This document shows, piece by piece, positions 9,669 through 19,293 of a DNA stretch of 37,712 nt. The DNA is from Candidatus Bathyarchaeota archaeon (GTDB lineage: Archaea; Thermoproteota; Bathyarchaeia; Bathyarchaeales; Bathycorpusculaceae): the NCBI GenBank assembly GCA_030589055.1, contig JAUUWK010000001.1, positions 1 to 37,712 of the forward strand, written 5' to 3'. The translations under genes and the position numbers were made by a program. The notes below the pieces were generated by a model, which was not told where the DNA came from, did no database searches, and was given only the letters and a program-made list of their open reading frames with translations. Numbering within the stretch: position 1 is the stretch's first letter; each line of letters opens with the position of its first letter.

Positions 9669-9896
9669 TTGGGAAAGTATGCAACAATATCGGTTCCCGC
9701 AGAGATCAAGAAGGTTCTGAAGGAAGCTAAAGGTGAGAATGAGTGGGGAGAGTTTCTCCTGAACTTGTATGCTGAAGTTAAGAGACTGAGGAGTGAGGAG
9801 GCATTTAAGAAGCTGGCGAGAACACTTACCGATGAAGACTTGAGGGTTATAGTCGAATCGAGCAGAGAGTTTAGGGAGAGGTTCGCGTTTAGATGA
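9669..9896 (+). CDS. vapB: VapB-type antitoxin
   Basis: 75-aa ORF (ATISVP..IKKVL) overlapping a PIN gene via ATGA. Confidence 0.75.
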   Translation: MGKYATISVPAEIKKVLKEAKGENEWGEFLLNLYAEVKRLRSEEAFKKLARTLTDEDLRVIVESSREFRERFAFR

Positions 9897-10252
9897 ACCT
9901 ACTCGACACAGACATAATCATGGAGTTGTTGCACAAGAGAAGACATGAGATGGGAGCTATTTCAATCATAACGCTCATCGAGATCTTAAGAGGGCTAGAA
10001 GATAGGAAAAGGATTGAAGTCAAGAATTTACTCGAAGAAAGCTTCAATGTGCAAAGCCTAGATAACGAAACGATCAAAGCTTACTGCAGCTTATACCGCA
10101 AGCTCAAAAAGGAAGGCACGTTAATACCTGACGCAGACCTACTCATAACCGCAACAGCCATATCCAGAAACATAACGCTGAGAACACATGACGAACACTT
10201 CACAAGACTGACAAAGTTCGGCCTAAGATTGGCGCAAACACCCAAAAAGTAA
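9893..10252 (+). CDS. vapC: VapC PIN-domain toxin
   Basis: LLDTD, ITLIEILRG, DADLLITATA, THDEHF PIN acidic residues. Confidence 0.92.
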   Translation: MNLLDTDIIMELLHKRRHEMGAISIITLIEILRGLEDRKRIEVKNLLEESFNVQSLDNETIKAYCSLYRKLKKEGTLIPDADLLITATAISRNITLRTHDEHFTRLTKFGLRLAQTPKK

Positions 10253-10465
10253 ATGGAAACCCGAATTCGTACCTATCACTTAGCGGAGTAGGTAAACTTC
10301 GAATCTTTAAACCGAAATATAATCTTTATATATAAGCTCACGAAAAAACCAAAAAAGGGTCTTGGAGCTTTTCTATGAAGGACTCAGCAAGGGTAAAACC
10401 AGAAAAACAACCACTTTGGCCTCTTCCTCAGTTGATGAAGCCCTTGAAGCACGCGCGCTAGGGTG

Positions 10466-11839
10466 TTAGTAGGCGGATATCCCTACGAATTTTAGTTTTT
10501 GGATTTTCATTGAGGGGACTGTTGTTGCTTTTATCATTTCAAGTTTTTTGCCGATCAATGGTATGTTGCTTAGGGCTGAGAGCATGCTGTCCGTGAACCG
10601 CATATTCACAATCGGCTTAGATATTTCACCGTTTTCAATCAGGAAGGTTCCGTCTCTCGTCAGCCCCGTTAAAACCATCTTTGCCGGTTCAACAGGGTTC
10701 ACGTAATGAAACGTCGTAACGAATATTCCACGCTTTGTTTCAGCAACCATTTCCTCCAAAGTAGCATCTCTTGGACTCGCAATTAAGTTGAAGGGCATAG
10801 GACGCTCAGAATAAAAATCACTGATAGGAGGCAAAGCATGACCAGTGCTCTTCTTACCTTCCTTACCAGCAGTAAAAGAGTTATAACATATGCTCTCTTC
10901 AGAAACAACTCCGTTGCTTATCAAGTGTGAAGTCCTCTTCGGGACTCCTTCACCATCGATTGGCGTTGCATAAAGCGTCTGCGGATCTCTAGCATCATCT
11001 TTTACGTTAAGTTTGCCGTCGAAAACCTGCTGATTCAGACAATACTTGACAAACGATCGTCCATCCTGATATGAAGTCGCTGAGAACCCAATGTAGCCAA
11101 GATACATTAAAAGTGTCGCAGAAGCCAAAGGCGACAAAACAACCTCGTACTCGCCCGGAGAAAGATTGATTGGATTTATGCTCTTCACAGATTTTTCAGT
11201 GGCATCTCCAGCCAAAACAGCTGGTTCAATGTCTTTAACACGCCTCGAATACTTCTCAGCAGTTCCAAAACCCTCTGAAGCCCCAGACTTGGAAATAACC
11301 GTGGTCTTCATGTTTGTCGAGGATATTCTAGCCGACGCTGAGACACCCAACGAATTCGCCACCGCATAAGCCATCGAGCTACTTGAAAAAAAACCTGCAA
11401 CAGCCTTCACAATCGAAGACTTCGAATGTGCAGTTTCAATAGCCTCTTTAACCTTTTCCGCTCTGTACATAGGCGTACAATTCGCTGTCTCCTCGTCAAA
11501 GGTTCCTTCAATAGGAGCCCAAGATTGCGGTTCCGGCAAGCTCTTAAAGTCCTTGTTTGGCGGTGAAGCCCCTGCAATCTTCACTGCCTGCAATACAGCC
11601 TTTTCAATTTGTTCTTTTTCCAAAGTGTTAACACGTGTTGTGCTGATCTGCTTGTTCAGGATCACCTTGATTAATACTCCACCCTTTTTCGTTGCAACAT
11701 TCTGATGTATCTGGGAATTCGCAAACCTTGTCAACGTCGTGTCAAGCAGAAACCCCGAAGCCTGCGCTTGATCGATATTCTGTCGCATAGCATATTGCAC
11801 AGTTTTCTCCGCTATTCCTAACAATCTTTCTGTAACCAA
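10466..11839 (-). CDS. tldE: TldE/PmbA family protein
   Basis: TRFANSQIHQN, PGEYEVVL, DGEGVP, TGLTRDG; no HExxxH; follows tldD. Confidence 0.9.
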   Translation of the reverse strand: MVTERLLGIAEKTVQYAMRQNIDQAQASGFLLDTTLTRFANSQIHQNVATKKGGVLIKVILNKQISTTRVNTLEKEQIEKAVLQAVKIAGASPPNKDFKSLPEPQSWAPIEGTFDEETANCTPMYRAEKVKEAIETAHSKSSIVKAVAGFFSSSSMAYAVANSLGVSASARISSTNMKTTVISKSGASEGFGTAEKYSRRVKDIEPAVLAGDATEKSVKSINPINLSPGEYEVVLSPLASATLLMYLGYIGFSATSYQDGRSFVKYCLNQQVFDGKLNVKDDARDPQTLYATPIDGEGVPKRTSHLISNGVVSEESICYNSFTAGKEGKKSTGHALPPISDFYSERPMPFNLIASPRDATLEEMVAETKRGIFVTTFHYVNPVEPAKMVLTGLTRDGTFLIENGEISKPIVNMRFTDSMLSALSNIPLIGKKLEMIKATTVPSMKIQKLKFVGISAY

Positions 11840-11852
11840 AACTTCTACCTCA

Positions 11853-13298
11853 CTAGATTAATCCAACACACACCTTACGAAACCTTGCAGTTCCGCAGCC
11901 ATGTCCAACATACATCACCTGACTTGGTACACCTTTGCCACAGTTCGGTAAGCCATGCATCATCCAGTCGTCATTGCTCAGAGCATCACATGAACCCCAA
12001 AACTCCGGAGTGACACCCATATAAGTCGGATTCTTAACCAAGTTTTCTTTACTTCCATTCTTTATTCTCCAGCCAATTTCAGTGCCGAATTGAAAGTTTA
12101 CGCGTCTGTCATCGATGCTCCACGAACGATTAGTCAACATCAAAACACCGTCCTTCGTGTCCTCGATAACATCCTCAGCCTTCCAGTCTCCCGGAAGCAA
12201 ATTGATGTTTGTCATGCGAATAAGCGGCAGAGCCAAAGGCGAATCCGCCCTCATCCCACCGCTGCTCTCTCCAAGATTCAACTCAACCGCAGTCTCCCGA
12301 GAACTCTGATAGCCCACAAACAAGCCATCCCTAACCAAATACACCTTTCTCGCTCTTGTACCCTCATCATCATAACCAAACGACCCAAGCCCATGCAAAA
12401 CAGTAGCATCAGCCATCAGGTTCACCTTTTCAGAACCATAACGAAAGTTCCCAAGCTTCTCAGGAGTAAGAAAGCTCGTTCCAGCATAATCCGCTTCTGT
12501 GCCCAACACCCGATCAAGCTCTGTCGGATGCCCACAACTTTCATGAATCTGCAAAGCAAGCTGATCGCCTGTGAGGATTAGATCCATTTCTCGTGAAGGG
12601 CACTTTTCAGCATCGAAAAGCTTCAAAAGCTCCTGCCCAGTCTCCTTCGCATGATCGATCAAGGCTAGAGACTCAAAGAACTCATAACCGCTTGCGGCAT
12701 TGTTGCCTCCAAAAGAAGCTGGATACGACCGTGTCTCCATTTCTCCATTCTTAACAGCTATGGCTGACAATCCTCCGCCACACCACGTTATTTGCTGACT
12801 GATCTTCGCGCCTTCGGTACTCATGAAAAGCTTGTTCTCTCTGAATCCACGATAATAAGCGTAAGCAGCCTTAATCAGCGGAGACTGCTCCTTAAGAATT
12901 CGTCCAGCTTGAACAAGCACACCCAGCTTCTCCTCCACTGGAACCTTAAACGGGTCTTTACGAAAACTGCTAACATACCGATCTTCTCTAGCTTCTTCCG
13001 AGATTAATGCCGCATCTTTCTTCTTCAATAAAGCGCTTGCCCTTGCAATGCTGACGGCTTTCTCAACGGTTTTTATGATTTCTTCCTTGCTTATGTCAAT
13101 TGAACCAGCAAAACCCCACGCCCCATCTACAATTACTCTAACACCGAACCCCTTCGCCTGGAACAGGTTAACAGCTTCTGGTTCACCGTTCTTCACTGTC
13201 AAAACTTCATTGAGAATCTCGCTCACTCTGACATCCGCGTATGAAGCCCTTTTCTTCCCTGCTTCTTCCAAAGCTATTTTCCCAAACTCAGCGAACAA
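11853..13298 (-). CDS. tldD: TldD metalloprotease
   Basis: HESCGHPTELDR metal motif, YDDEG, RMTN, CGKG. Confidence 0.93.
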   Translation of the reverse strand: MFAEFGKIALEEAGKKRASYADVRVSEILNEVLTVKNGEPEAVNLFQAKGFGVRVIVDGAWGFAGSIDISKEEIIKTVEKAVSIARASALLKKKDAALISEEAREDRYVSSFRKDPFKVPVEEKLGVLVQAGRILKEQSPLIKAAYAYYRGFRENKLFMSTEGAKISQQITWCGGGLSAIAVKNGEMETRSYPASFGGNNAASGYEFFESLALIDHAKETGQELLKLFDAEKCPSREMDLILTGDQLALQIHESCGHPTELDRVLGTEADYAGTSFLTPEKLGNFRYGSEKVNLMADATVLHGLGSFGYDDEGTRARKVYLVRDGLFVGYQSSRETAVELNLGESSGGMRADSPLALPLIRMTNINLLPGDWKAEDVIEDTKDGVLMLTNRSWSIDDRRVNFQFGTEIGWRIKNGSKENLVKNPTYMGVTPEFWGSCDALSNDDWMMHGLPNCGKGVPSQVMYVGHGCGTARFRKVCVGLI

Positions 13299-13428
13299 TC
13301 TAGCACCTCCTCTACTTGAAACAACTGAAAGATCTTATCTTGCTTTTCACTTTTGCGGTAAAAAGCGTAAGGTTTAAGGGTTAATGTTTCACTTAGGTTT
13401 CGACTGTTCTTAAGATGAGGTTTGTGGT

Positions 13429-13977
13429 TTGAGTGAAGAGAAAAGCTTAGAGGAACTCAAGGCTGATGTTCTGATTAAGCTTAGGAAATACAGGCTGCTT
13501 AAGAAGGAAAAAGTCAAGGATATTATGCACTATTTTATCAAGGTTCCCAAAGAAAAACAGAAAGCCCTGATTTGGTGCATCCCCAAAGAAGGCACAGTTG
13601 GCATAGCGGTAGTTAAAAACTTGGAAAAGGTCATGAAAGAGAAGAACATGGAAAGAGGGATACTTATTACAAGTGGAAAATACACCCATGCGGCACGCGT
13701 GAATGCCAAGAAAATGAACATTGAGCTTCTACCTAAAATCTTTCCATCCTTCGACATATTCAAACATAAGCTTGTTCCAAAACACGAAATGTTAACACAG
13801 AAAGAAAGAGACCAAGTACTTACTCAATACAAGATTCAGCCATACCAACTACCTGAAATCAGAGCTTCAGACCCAGCCGTAAAGGCTATAGGCGCAAACC
13901 CCGGAGATATATTGCGGATAATCAGAAAGAGCCCCACAGCAGGCACACACATAGCTTACCGTTACGTCGTGGAGTAA
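13429..13977 (+). CDS. rpo5: RNA polymerase subunit Rpo5/RpoH with extra N-terminal RPB5-jaw/Mrr-like domain
   Basis: C-terminal HKLVPKHE...QLPEIRASDP...RKSPTAG...YRYV plus about 105 extra N-terminal residues. Confidence 0.92.
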   Translation: MSEEKSLEELKADVLIKLRKYRLLKKEKVKDIMHYFIKVPKEKQKALIWCIPKEGTVGIAVVKNLEKVMKEKNMERGILITSGKYTHAARVNAKKMNIELLPKIFPSFDIFKHKLVPKHEMLTQKERDQVLTQYKIQPYQLPEIRASDPAVKAIGANPGDILRIIRKSPTAGTHIAYRYVVE

Positions 13978-14010
13978 TAGCCTTCTTGTCCTTACAACCG
14001 GTTCAGTAGT

Positions 14011-14226
14011 TCACCTAACTTGTTCCTTCAACTCGTGCAAAATTACTAAGGCTTCGCCTAAAGATATGCCAAGCATTGCAGCCAATTCATCCGGCTTTAT
14101 ATCCGGTTTCTCGTGAAGAATAACTTCTCTTGTATAGGCGTTGTGATGTGGATACATGACTAAGGCGTGAACTGTCTCAACAAGTGTCGGCCAGAGTCTA
14201 TCCTTCGTATAATCCTCAAGACTCAT
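14011..14226 (-). CDS. Small hypothetical protein with C-terminal HTH-like segment
   Basis: MSLEDYTKDRLWP...PDELAAMLGISLGEALVIL; start uncertain. Confidence 0.65.
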   Translation of the reverse strand: MSLEDYTKDRLWPTLVETVHALVMYPHHNAYTREVILHEKPDIKPDELAAMLGISLGEALVILHELKEQVR

Positions 14227-14355
14227 ATGCATCACATATAATATGTTAAGCAATGGTTATTCAATTTACCGTAAAGCTGGGTGGTCTGTGTGGCGCCTCA
14301 AACCACACTTGCAGTCAATTGGTTGGCCCACTTTGAAACGACAAATAAGCCCCCT

Positions 14356-14703
14356 CCCCCTAGGTTTTTTTAGGCAGGTTGCCTGGCACGTCTTTCTTGC
14401 GCCACGCGTCGTTGGCTAGTCAAAACTGAAAGGAAGCCTTCCAAGACAATGTGCAACAAAGAGTGTTGATAGACGGGGCAGTTTTTCTAAGTTCTAACAT
14501 AAAAAAAAGGGATGGGTGTCGACGAAGCACATTCTACCTTTTCACATTGTTGAACTCGCCTCTCAAAGCTCTCTTAGCCATAATGCAAACTCCTCCCTTA
14601 TGCTTTTCAGGTAGAAGCCGTTCTTGAGCAAAAATGAAGTATGTCCTCTCCAAGATTTGTAGCGCGCATCTCGTAACAACCCGTCCCCAAAAAACCTAGG
14701 GGG
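14356..14703. repeat. 348-bp segment bounded by inverted repeats (15-bp perfect core CCCCCTAGGTTTTTT)
   Basis: 14356-14370 is the exact reverse complement of 14689-14703; imperfect pairing continues inward to GGTTG/CAACC. Confidence 0.75.
14563..14661 (-). pseudogene. Possible 3' fragment of a GNAT-like gene starting at a GCGCGC tract
   Basis: YKSWRGHTSFLLKNGFYLKSIREEFALWLREL* followed by a CCCATCCC-T8 terminator-like run. Confidence 0.35.
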
Positions 14704-14860
14704 GTAGATCCCACTGGCAAAAATTGCAAGCGACACTTCGCTAACTTGTTTCAGAAAGCAGAAAATAGGGGTTCTTGGAAAGTGAAATCTTGTACTAAAA
14801 TAGTATTACCGTAAAGTATATTTCCATCAGGATGTTTTAGGCTTTAAATTCAGGACACAA

Positions 14861-15553
14861 GTGGAATATGCGATGGAAATTAAAGCAGTAGTCTTTGATC
14901 TTGATGGAACCCTTGCCCGTTTCAACCTGAATTATAAGGCTGTGAGAGTAGAGGTTAGAAGCTTTCTTACAAAGAAGGGCTTTCCAGCCTCGATCCTATC
15001 AACGAATGAAAGCATATTCGAAATGCTGAAAAAAGCTGAAGTATTCTTGAAAAACAACGGCAAATCAGAGAAAGTAATAGAAGAAATCTACGGGAAAGCT
15101 TTGGCAATAGCCGAAAAATACGAGTTAGAAGCTGCAAAAACTACAAGCTTACTTCCGGGTGCGGCTGAGACCCTTAATACGTTAAAGAAGATGGGCTTGA
15201 AAATTGGCTTATTCACAATTAACAGTGAAAAGTCCACAAACTACATCTTGAAACGGTTCAGAATAGCAGACTTTTTCGATGTAGTGATTCCAAGAAACAG
15301 TGTAAAACACGTTAAACCTAGCAGTGAACACCTCGAAGCCGCTTTAAAGGCTTTAGAGGTTAATCCAGATGAGACAATAGTTGTTGGAGATGGGATCAGC
15401 GATATGAGATGCGCCAAAGAACTAAAAGCGATTGCCGTGGGTTTGCCAACGGGAATCTCTTCCCAAAAGAAACTAGCCTATTCGGGAGCAAACTACATAA
15501 TCACGTTAATTACAGACATACCAACGCTAATAGAACAGACCAGCGAAGCTTAG
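14861..15553 (+). CDS. HAD-IA hydrolase (phosphoglycolate phosphatase-like)
   Basis: FDLDGTL, KP, VGDGISD motifs. Confidence 0.92.
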   Translation: MEYAMEIKAVVFDLDGTLARFNLNYKAVRVEVRSFLTKKGFPASILSTNESIFEMLKKAEVFLKNNGKSEKVIEEIYGKALAIAEKYELEAAKTTSLLPGAAETLNTLKKMGLKIGLFTINSEKSTNYILKRFRIADFFDVVIPRNSVKHVKPSSEHLEAALKALEVNPDETIVVGDGISDMRCAKELKAIAVGLPTGISSQKKLAYSGANYIITLITDIPTLIEQTSEA

Positions 15554-15555
15554 CA

Positions 15556-16337
15556 TTACACTTCAAGCTCTGAAAGTTTACGTTTTTTGTTGAGAGCAAG
15601 AATCGAAGCTGATGCAGCGATTAAACCTATGGCTAAACCTGAAACCACCCCATCATCAGACCGAAATCCATGCCCGCTACATAATTTTCTTCGTTTGCCT
15701 TTTGAACGTTCACAGTTTTCACAGATAACGGAATGGTTTCAGCCATGTTCCCAGCCTTGTCGTAAGCAACAAGCCTTATTGTGTGTGTTCCATCACCAAC
15801 CTCAGTTGTATTCCATTCATATGAATAAGATGCGGTGACATTAAGTGCCGCGGAGTCTATGTAGAGAAACACATCATCTAGGTTCTAGTCTGAAACATTA
15901 AGTTCTATTACTACTATTCCTGTTAGCTCAGCTCCATTCAGATCCGCGGAATTTATCATGCTAACCTCGGGATCAGTGTTGTCCACAGTTATCGTGACAG
16001 TCTCATCGACGACATTCCCAGCATTGTCAATCACAGTTAGGGTAATCGTGTAGTTTCCATCAATCAGCTCTGTTGTGTCAAGTGTGAACTCTGTTACGTC
16101 AGTTACATTATAAACTACAGCAGCTATTCTCAATGTGGCGTTTTTCAAGTTTGCATCATAATGCCTAAAGGATATACTGCATGGTCCACCTATGATTTGT
16201 CCCTCATCAGGCGCTAGAATTTTAGCTGTAGGGGTCATGTTATCTAAGGTTACAATCGTGGGTAACGTGGCGTTGGTGTTTGCAGCTTCGTCTAGTGCCA
16301 TTAACGTCAGTACGTGTTCTCCATCTGTTATCCCAGT
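15556..16337 (-). pseudogene. 3' remnant of an Ig-like repeat cell-surface protein with C-terminal membrane anchor
   Basis: Three DG.h.i...D.AGN-type repeats, in-frame TAG at 15885-15887, frameshift before the anchor (VVSGLAIGLIAASASILALNKKRK), 5' end lost at the GC tract. Confidence 0.85.
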
Positions 16338-16349
16338 CGCGCGCGCTAC
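16335..16349. repeat. (GC)n tract AGTCGCGCGCGCTAC at pseudogene breakpoint
   Basis: Identical to 2799-2813. Confidence 0.9.
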
Positions 16350-16393
16350 TTCCTATTAAATCTAAGATGTTAAAGTAATTGAAGATTATTCTG

Positions 16394-16795
16394 CTAGGTT
16401 GGTTTGAAGCAGTATCTGGGCCACTGAGGCCATTCTGATTGCACAGCTGATGTGTCAAATCTTAAGGTTAGTTCCATGCCTATCTTGACTTTTCCATGTT
16501 CTACGTCTTTTATCATACCTGGGATTTTTAGGCTGTTTTCAAGTTGGACTATACCTACGGCGTATGGCGCCATTTGTTGGAATCGTGGAGGTGCAACGTG
16601 AATAATTGTGTACGTTAATAGTTTTCCTTTCTTGGGGACTTCAGTCCATTCGAACTCTTCCGAGAAGCAACCGTCGCACAAAGGCCTCGGCGGAAGATGT
16701 ATTTTTCCGCATCTTTTGCATTTTCCACCCATAAGTTTTCCTTCGTTGATGTACTTGTAGAATTGTTCTATTGTGAATGGTGGTTGTTCACTCAT
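16394..16795 (-). CDS. DUF35 Zn-ribbon/OB-fold protein
   Basis: CKRCG...PPRPLCDGC plus OB fold; likely start MSEQ just after the thiolase stop. Confidence 0.92.
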   Translation of the reverse strand: MSEQPPFTIEQFYKYINEGKLMGGKCKRCGKIHLPPRPLCDGCFSEEFEWTEVPKKGKLLTYTIIHVAPPRFQQMAPYAVGIVQLENSLKIPGMIKDVEHGKVKIGMELTLRFDTSAVQSEWPQWPRYCFKPT

Positions 16796-16796
16796 T

Positions 16797-17969
16797 TCAT
16801 TCCCTCCTGAAAATGTGAACGGTTGCTGTTGCACCGGAACCGCCAACGTTATGGGCTAAACCTATCTTTACGTCTTTCACTTGCCTTTTCTCCGCTTGTC
16901 CAGTTAGTTGCAGATATATTTCGTAGGCTTGTGCTGTTCCTGTTGCGCCTACTGGGTGTCCTTTAGCTTTTAATCCACCGCTTGTATTCACTGGAATCTT
17001 CCCCTCAAGCCTTGTTTCGCCCTCTTCAACGAGTTGTCCACCTTCTCCAGGCTTGCAGAAGCCTAGGTCTTCGTAGGCTATTATTTCAGCTATTGTGAAG
17101 CAATCGTGAACTTCCGCTACATCTACGTCTTCAGGCTTCACCCCAGCCATCTCATAAGTTTGTCTTGCTGCCAGTTTCGCTGCCATTAAGGATGTGAAGC
17201 TTTCGCGTTCATATATTCCTATGCTGTCGCCTGCTTGTCCGCTTCCAATAACTTGGATTGGCATGTCTGTATACTTTTTAGCTATTTCTGGTTTTGTTAT
17301 GACTAAGCAGCTTGCTCCATCAGTAATCAGTGAACAGTCGTAAAGCTTTAAAGGCCAAGCGACAACTCTTGACGACACAACTTTTTCAAGGGTTACTTCC
17401 TTTTGCATGTGAGCTTTCGGGTTTAAAAATCCGTTTTGATGGTTTTTCACGGCAACCATAGCTAGTTGTTCCTCGGTTGTTCCATATCTGTGCATGTGAG
17501 CTGTAGCCATCAAAGCGTACAATCCCGGGAAGGTTATGCCGTGCCACTGCTCGAAGGGGAAATCTGAAGCCATAGCTAAATATTCAGTTACTTCTGCCGT
17601 CCTTCGGTGGGTCATCTTCTCTACCCCGCCGACCATGACAACGTCACAGAAGCCTGACAGCACAGCAAATATTCCAACCCTCAGGGCGGCGCCAGAAGAA
17701 GCGCATGCTGTTTCGATTCTTGTAGCTGGTATATGCAGTAAGCCTGCCCAGTCGGCTACTGTTGCGCCCGTATGTCCTTGATGCTCGTAGGATTCTCCCA
17801 TGTGCCCGACAAATAAGGCTTTTATGTCTTTTTTGGGGTTTAGGTTTGGGCAGCGATCAAAGGCTTCTTTTGCTGCTTCTGCGAAGATTTCTCTAGCGTA
17901 TAGGCCTTCTAATTTTCCGAATTTTGACAGTCCAGCCGACACTATCGAGACGAGCGGTTCGCCCTTCAA
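16797..17969 (-). CDS. Archaeal/SCP2-type thiolase with intact catalytic residues
   Basis: ETACASS (Cys), EVHDCF, KGHPVGATG. Confidence 0.93.
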   Translation of the reverse strand: MKGEPLVSIVSAGLSKFGKLEGLYAREIFAEAAKEAFDRCPNLNPKKDIKALFVGHMGESYEHQGHTGATVADWAGLLHIPATRIETACASSGAALRVGIFAVLSGFCDVVMVGGVEKMTHRRTAEVTEYLAMASDFPFEQWHGITFPGLYALMATAHMHRYGTTEEQLAMVAVKNHQNGFLNPKAHMQKEVTLEKVVSSRVVAWPLKLYDCSLITDGASCLVITKPEIAKKYTDMPIQVIGSGQAGDSIGIYERESFTSLMAAKLAARQTYEMAGVKPEDVDVAEVHDCFTIAEIIAYEDLGFCKPGEGGQLVEEGETRLEGKIPVNTSGGLKAKGHPVGATGTAQAYEIYLQLTGQAEKRQVKDVKIGLAHNVGGSGATATVHIFRRE

Positions 17970-18125
17970 GTCAAATTCTCCTTCCAGACTGCAATTGTGT
18001 ACAGAGATTCAAATAGGCTTCAAACGAATATTTAAGTTTCATCAATAAAACCTGGAATTTTTCACGAAAGTTTTATGTGAGTAACCTTTTCATACTAAGC
18101 TTCTAAAGTTGAGAGGAAAAGAAAA

Positions 18126-19280
18126 ATGAGTGAAGTTGCCATTGTAGGTGTTGGATGCGTTGGTTTTCAACCAATACTACCGGAACTATCATACAAGGAG
18201 TTGATGTATGAAGCAGCTGTAAAAGCCTATGAGGACGCTGGAGTTGATCCACGTAAAGACGTTGATGTCTTCATCACTTGTGCTGAGGATTACTTGGAAG
18301 GCTTCAGCATCTTCGATGAATTCGTTCCAGACCAATTAGGTGCCGTGTTACGTCCTCTATTCACGGTTTCAGGCGACGGACTTCTTGGGTTGGCAAATGC
18401 TTATATGCTTATTAAGACTGGACATTTTGACACGGTTGTTCTTGAAGCTCACAGCAAAGCCTCAGACCTGCTCACATTAATGGACGTTATTGCATTCGCC
18501 CTAGATCCAGTACTCAACAGACCCTTGGGTGGTCATCCGTACTATGTTGCTGGAATGGAGATGAACCGCTATTTGCACGATACTTGCGCAACTGTGGAGC
18601 AGTGTGCTCAAGTTGTCGTCAAAAACAGGAAAAATGCTTGTGGAAATCCTTACGCGGCGTATGGTGCCAACATGACTTTAGATCAAGTTTTATGCTCTGA
18701 CATGTACTTCTATCCGTTGAAAAAGTTGGAGATAAGCACGCCTGCAGACGGTTGCGTAGTCATGGTGTTGGCTTCTGAGAAGGTTGCGGAAAAGCTTACA
18801 GACAAGCCTGTTTGGGTTAAGGGTGTTGGATGGTGCACTGAAACTCCAAATCTAGAAACAAAAGACTGGTCTAAATCTGTAGATACTCGGTTGGCGGCTG
18901 AAATGGCATACAAAACAGCCAAAATACACAATCCACGGAAGGAGGTAGACTTAGCAGAGGTCAACGACCTATTTGCATACAAGGAACTTCAACACATGGA
19001 AGCACTAAAACTATGCGCGTGTGGGGAGGCTGGAAAATTGACAGAAGAAGGGGTTACAGCTAGAAACGGCGAATTGCCTGTGAATCCCTCTGGAGGCTTG
19101 CTTGGAATGGGATACGGACTTGAGGCGTCAGGAATGGAAAAACTTCTGGAAGTGGTTTTGCAGTTAAGAAGTGAAGCGGGCAGAAGGCAAATACGCGACG
19201 CGGAGATTGGCTTGGCTCACGCTTGGCGTGGAATACCAACAACGACTGGAATTGTGGCAGTTTTAAGCAATAATAAGTGA
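18126..19280 (+). CDS. Thiolase-fold protein lacking catalytic Cys/His (Ltp4-like)
   Basis: TVSGDG at the Cys position, EVNDLF, NPSGGLLGMG. Confidence 0.85.
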   Translation: MSEVAIVGVGCVGFQPILPELSYKELMYEAAVKAYEDAGVDPRKDVDVFITCAEDYLEGFSIFDEFVPDQLGAVLRPLFTVSGDGLLGLANAYMLIKTGHFDTVVLEAHSKASDLLTLMDVIAFALDPVLNRPLGGHPYYVAGMEMNRYLHDTCATVEQCAQVVVKNRKNACGNPYAAYGANMTLDQVLCSDMYFYPLKKLEISTPADGCVVMVLASEKVAEKLTDKPVWVKGVGWCTETPNLETKDWSKSVDTRLAAEMAYKTAKIHNPRKEVDLAEVNDLFAYKELQHMEALKLCACGEAGKLTEEGVTARNGELPVNPSGGLLGMGYGLEASGMEKLLEVVLQLRSEAGRRQIRDAEIGLAHAWRGIPTTTGIVAVLSNNK

Positions 19281-19293
19281 GGTGAAATGTGAA

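Noticed and set aside
10466..13298. tldD/tldE as part of a RiPP cluster
   Set aside because: No precursor peptide or YcaO gene nearby; stand-alone pairs are common in archaea.
14273..14334. Possible stem-loop (GTGTGG/CCACAC within AAAG-TGGG/CCCACTTT) as tRNA or ncRNA
   Set aside because: No cloverleaf or T-loop consensus, and pairing is short.
15885..15887. In-frame TAG in the Ig-repeat gene as possible pyrrolysine readthrough
   Set aside because: The gene is also 5'-truncated and frameshifted, and no pyl genes are in view; a nonsense mutation is simpler.
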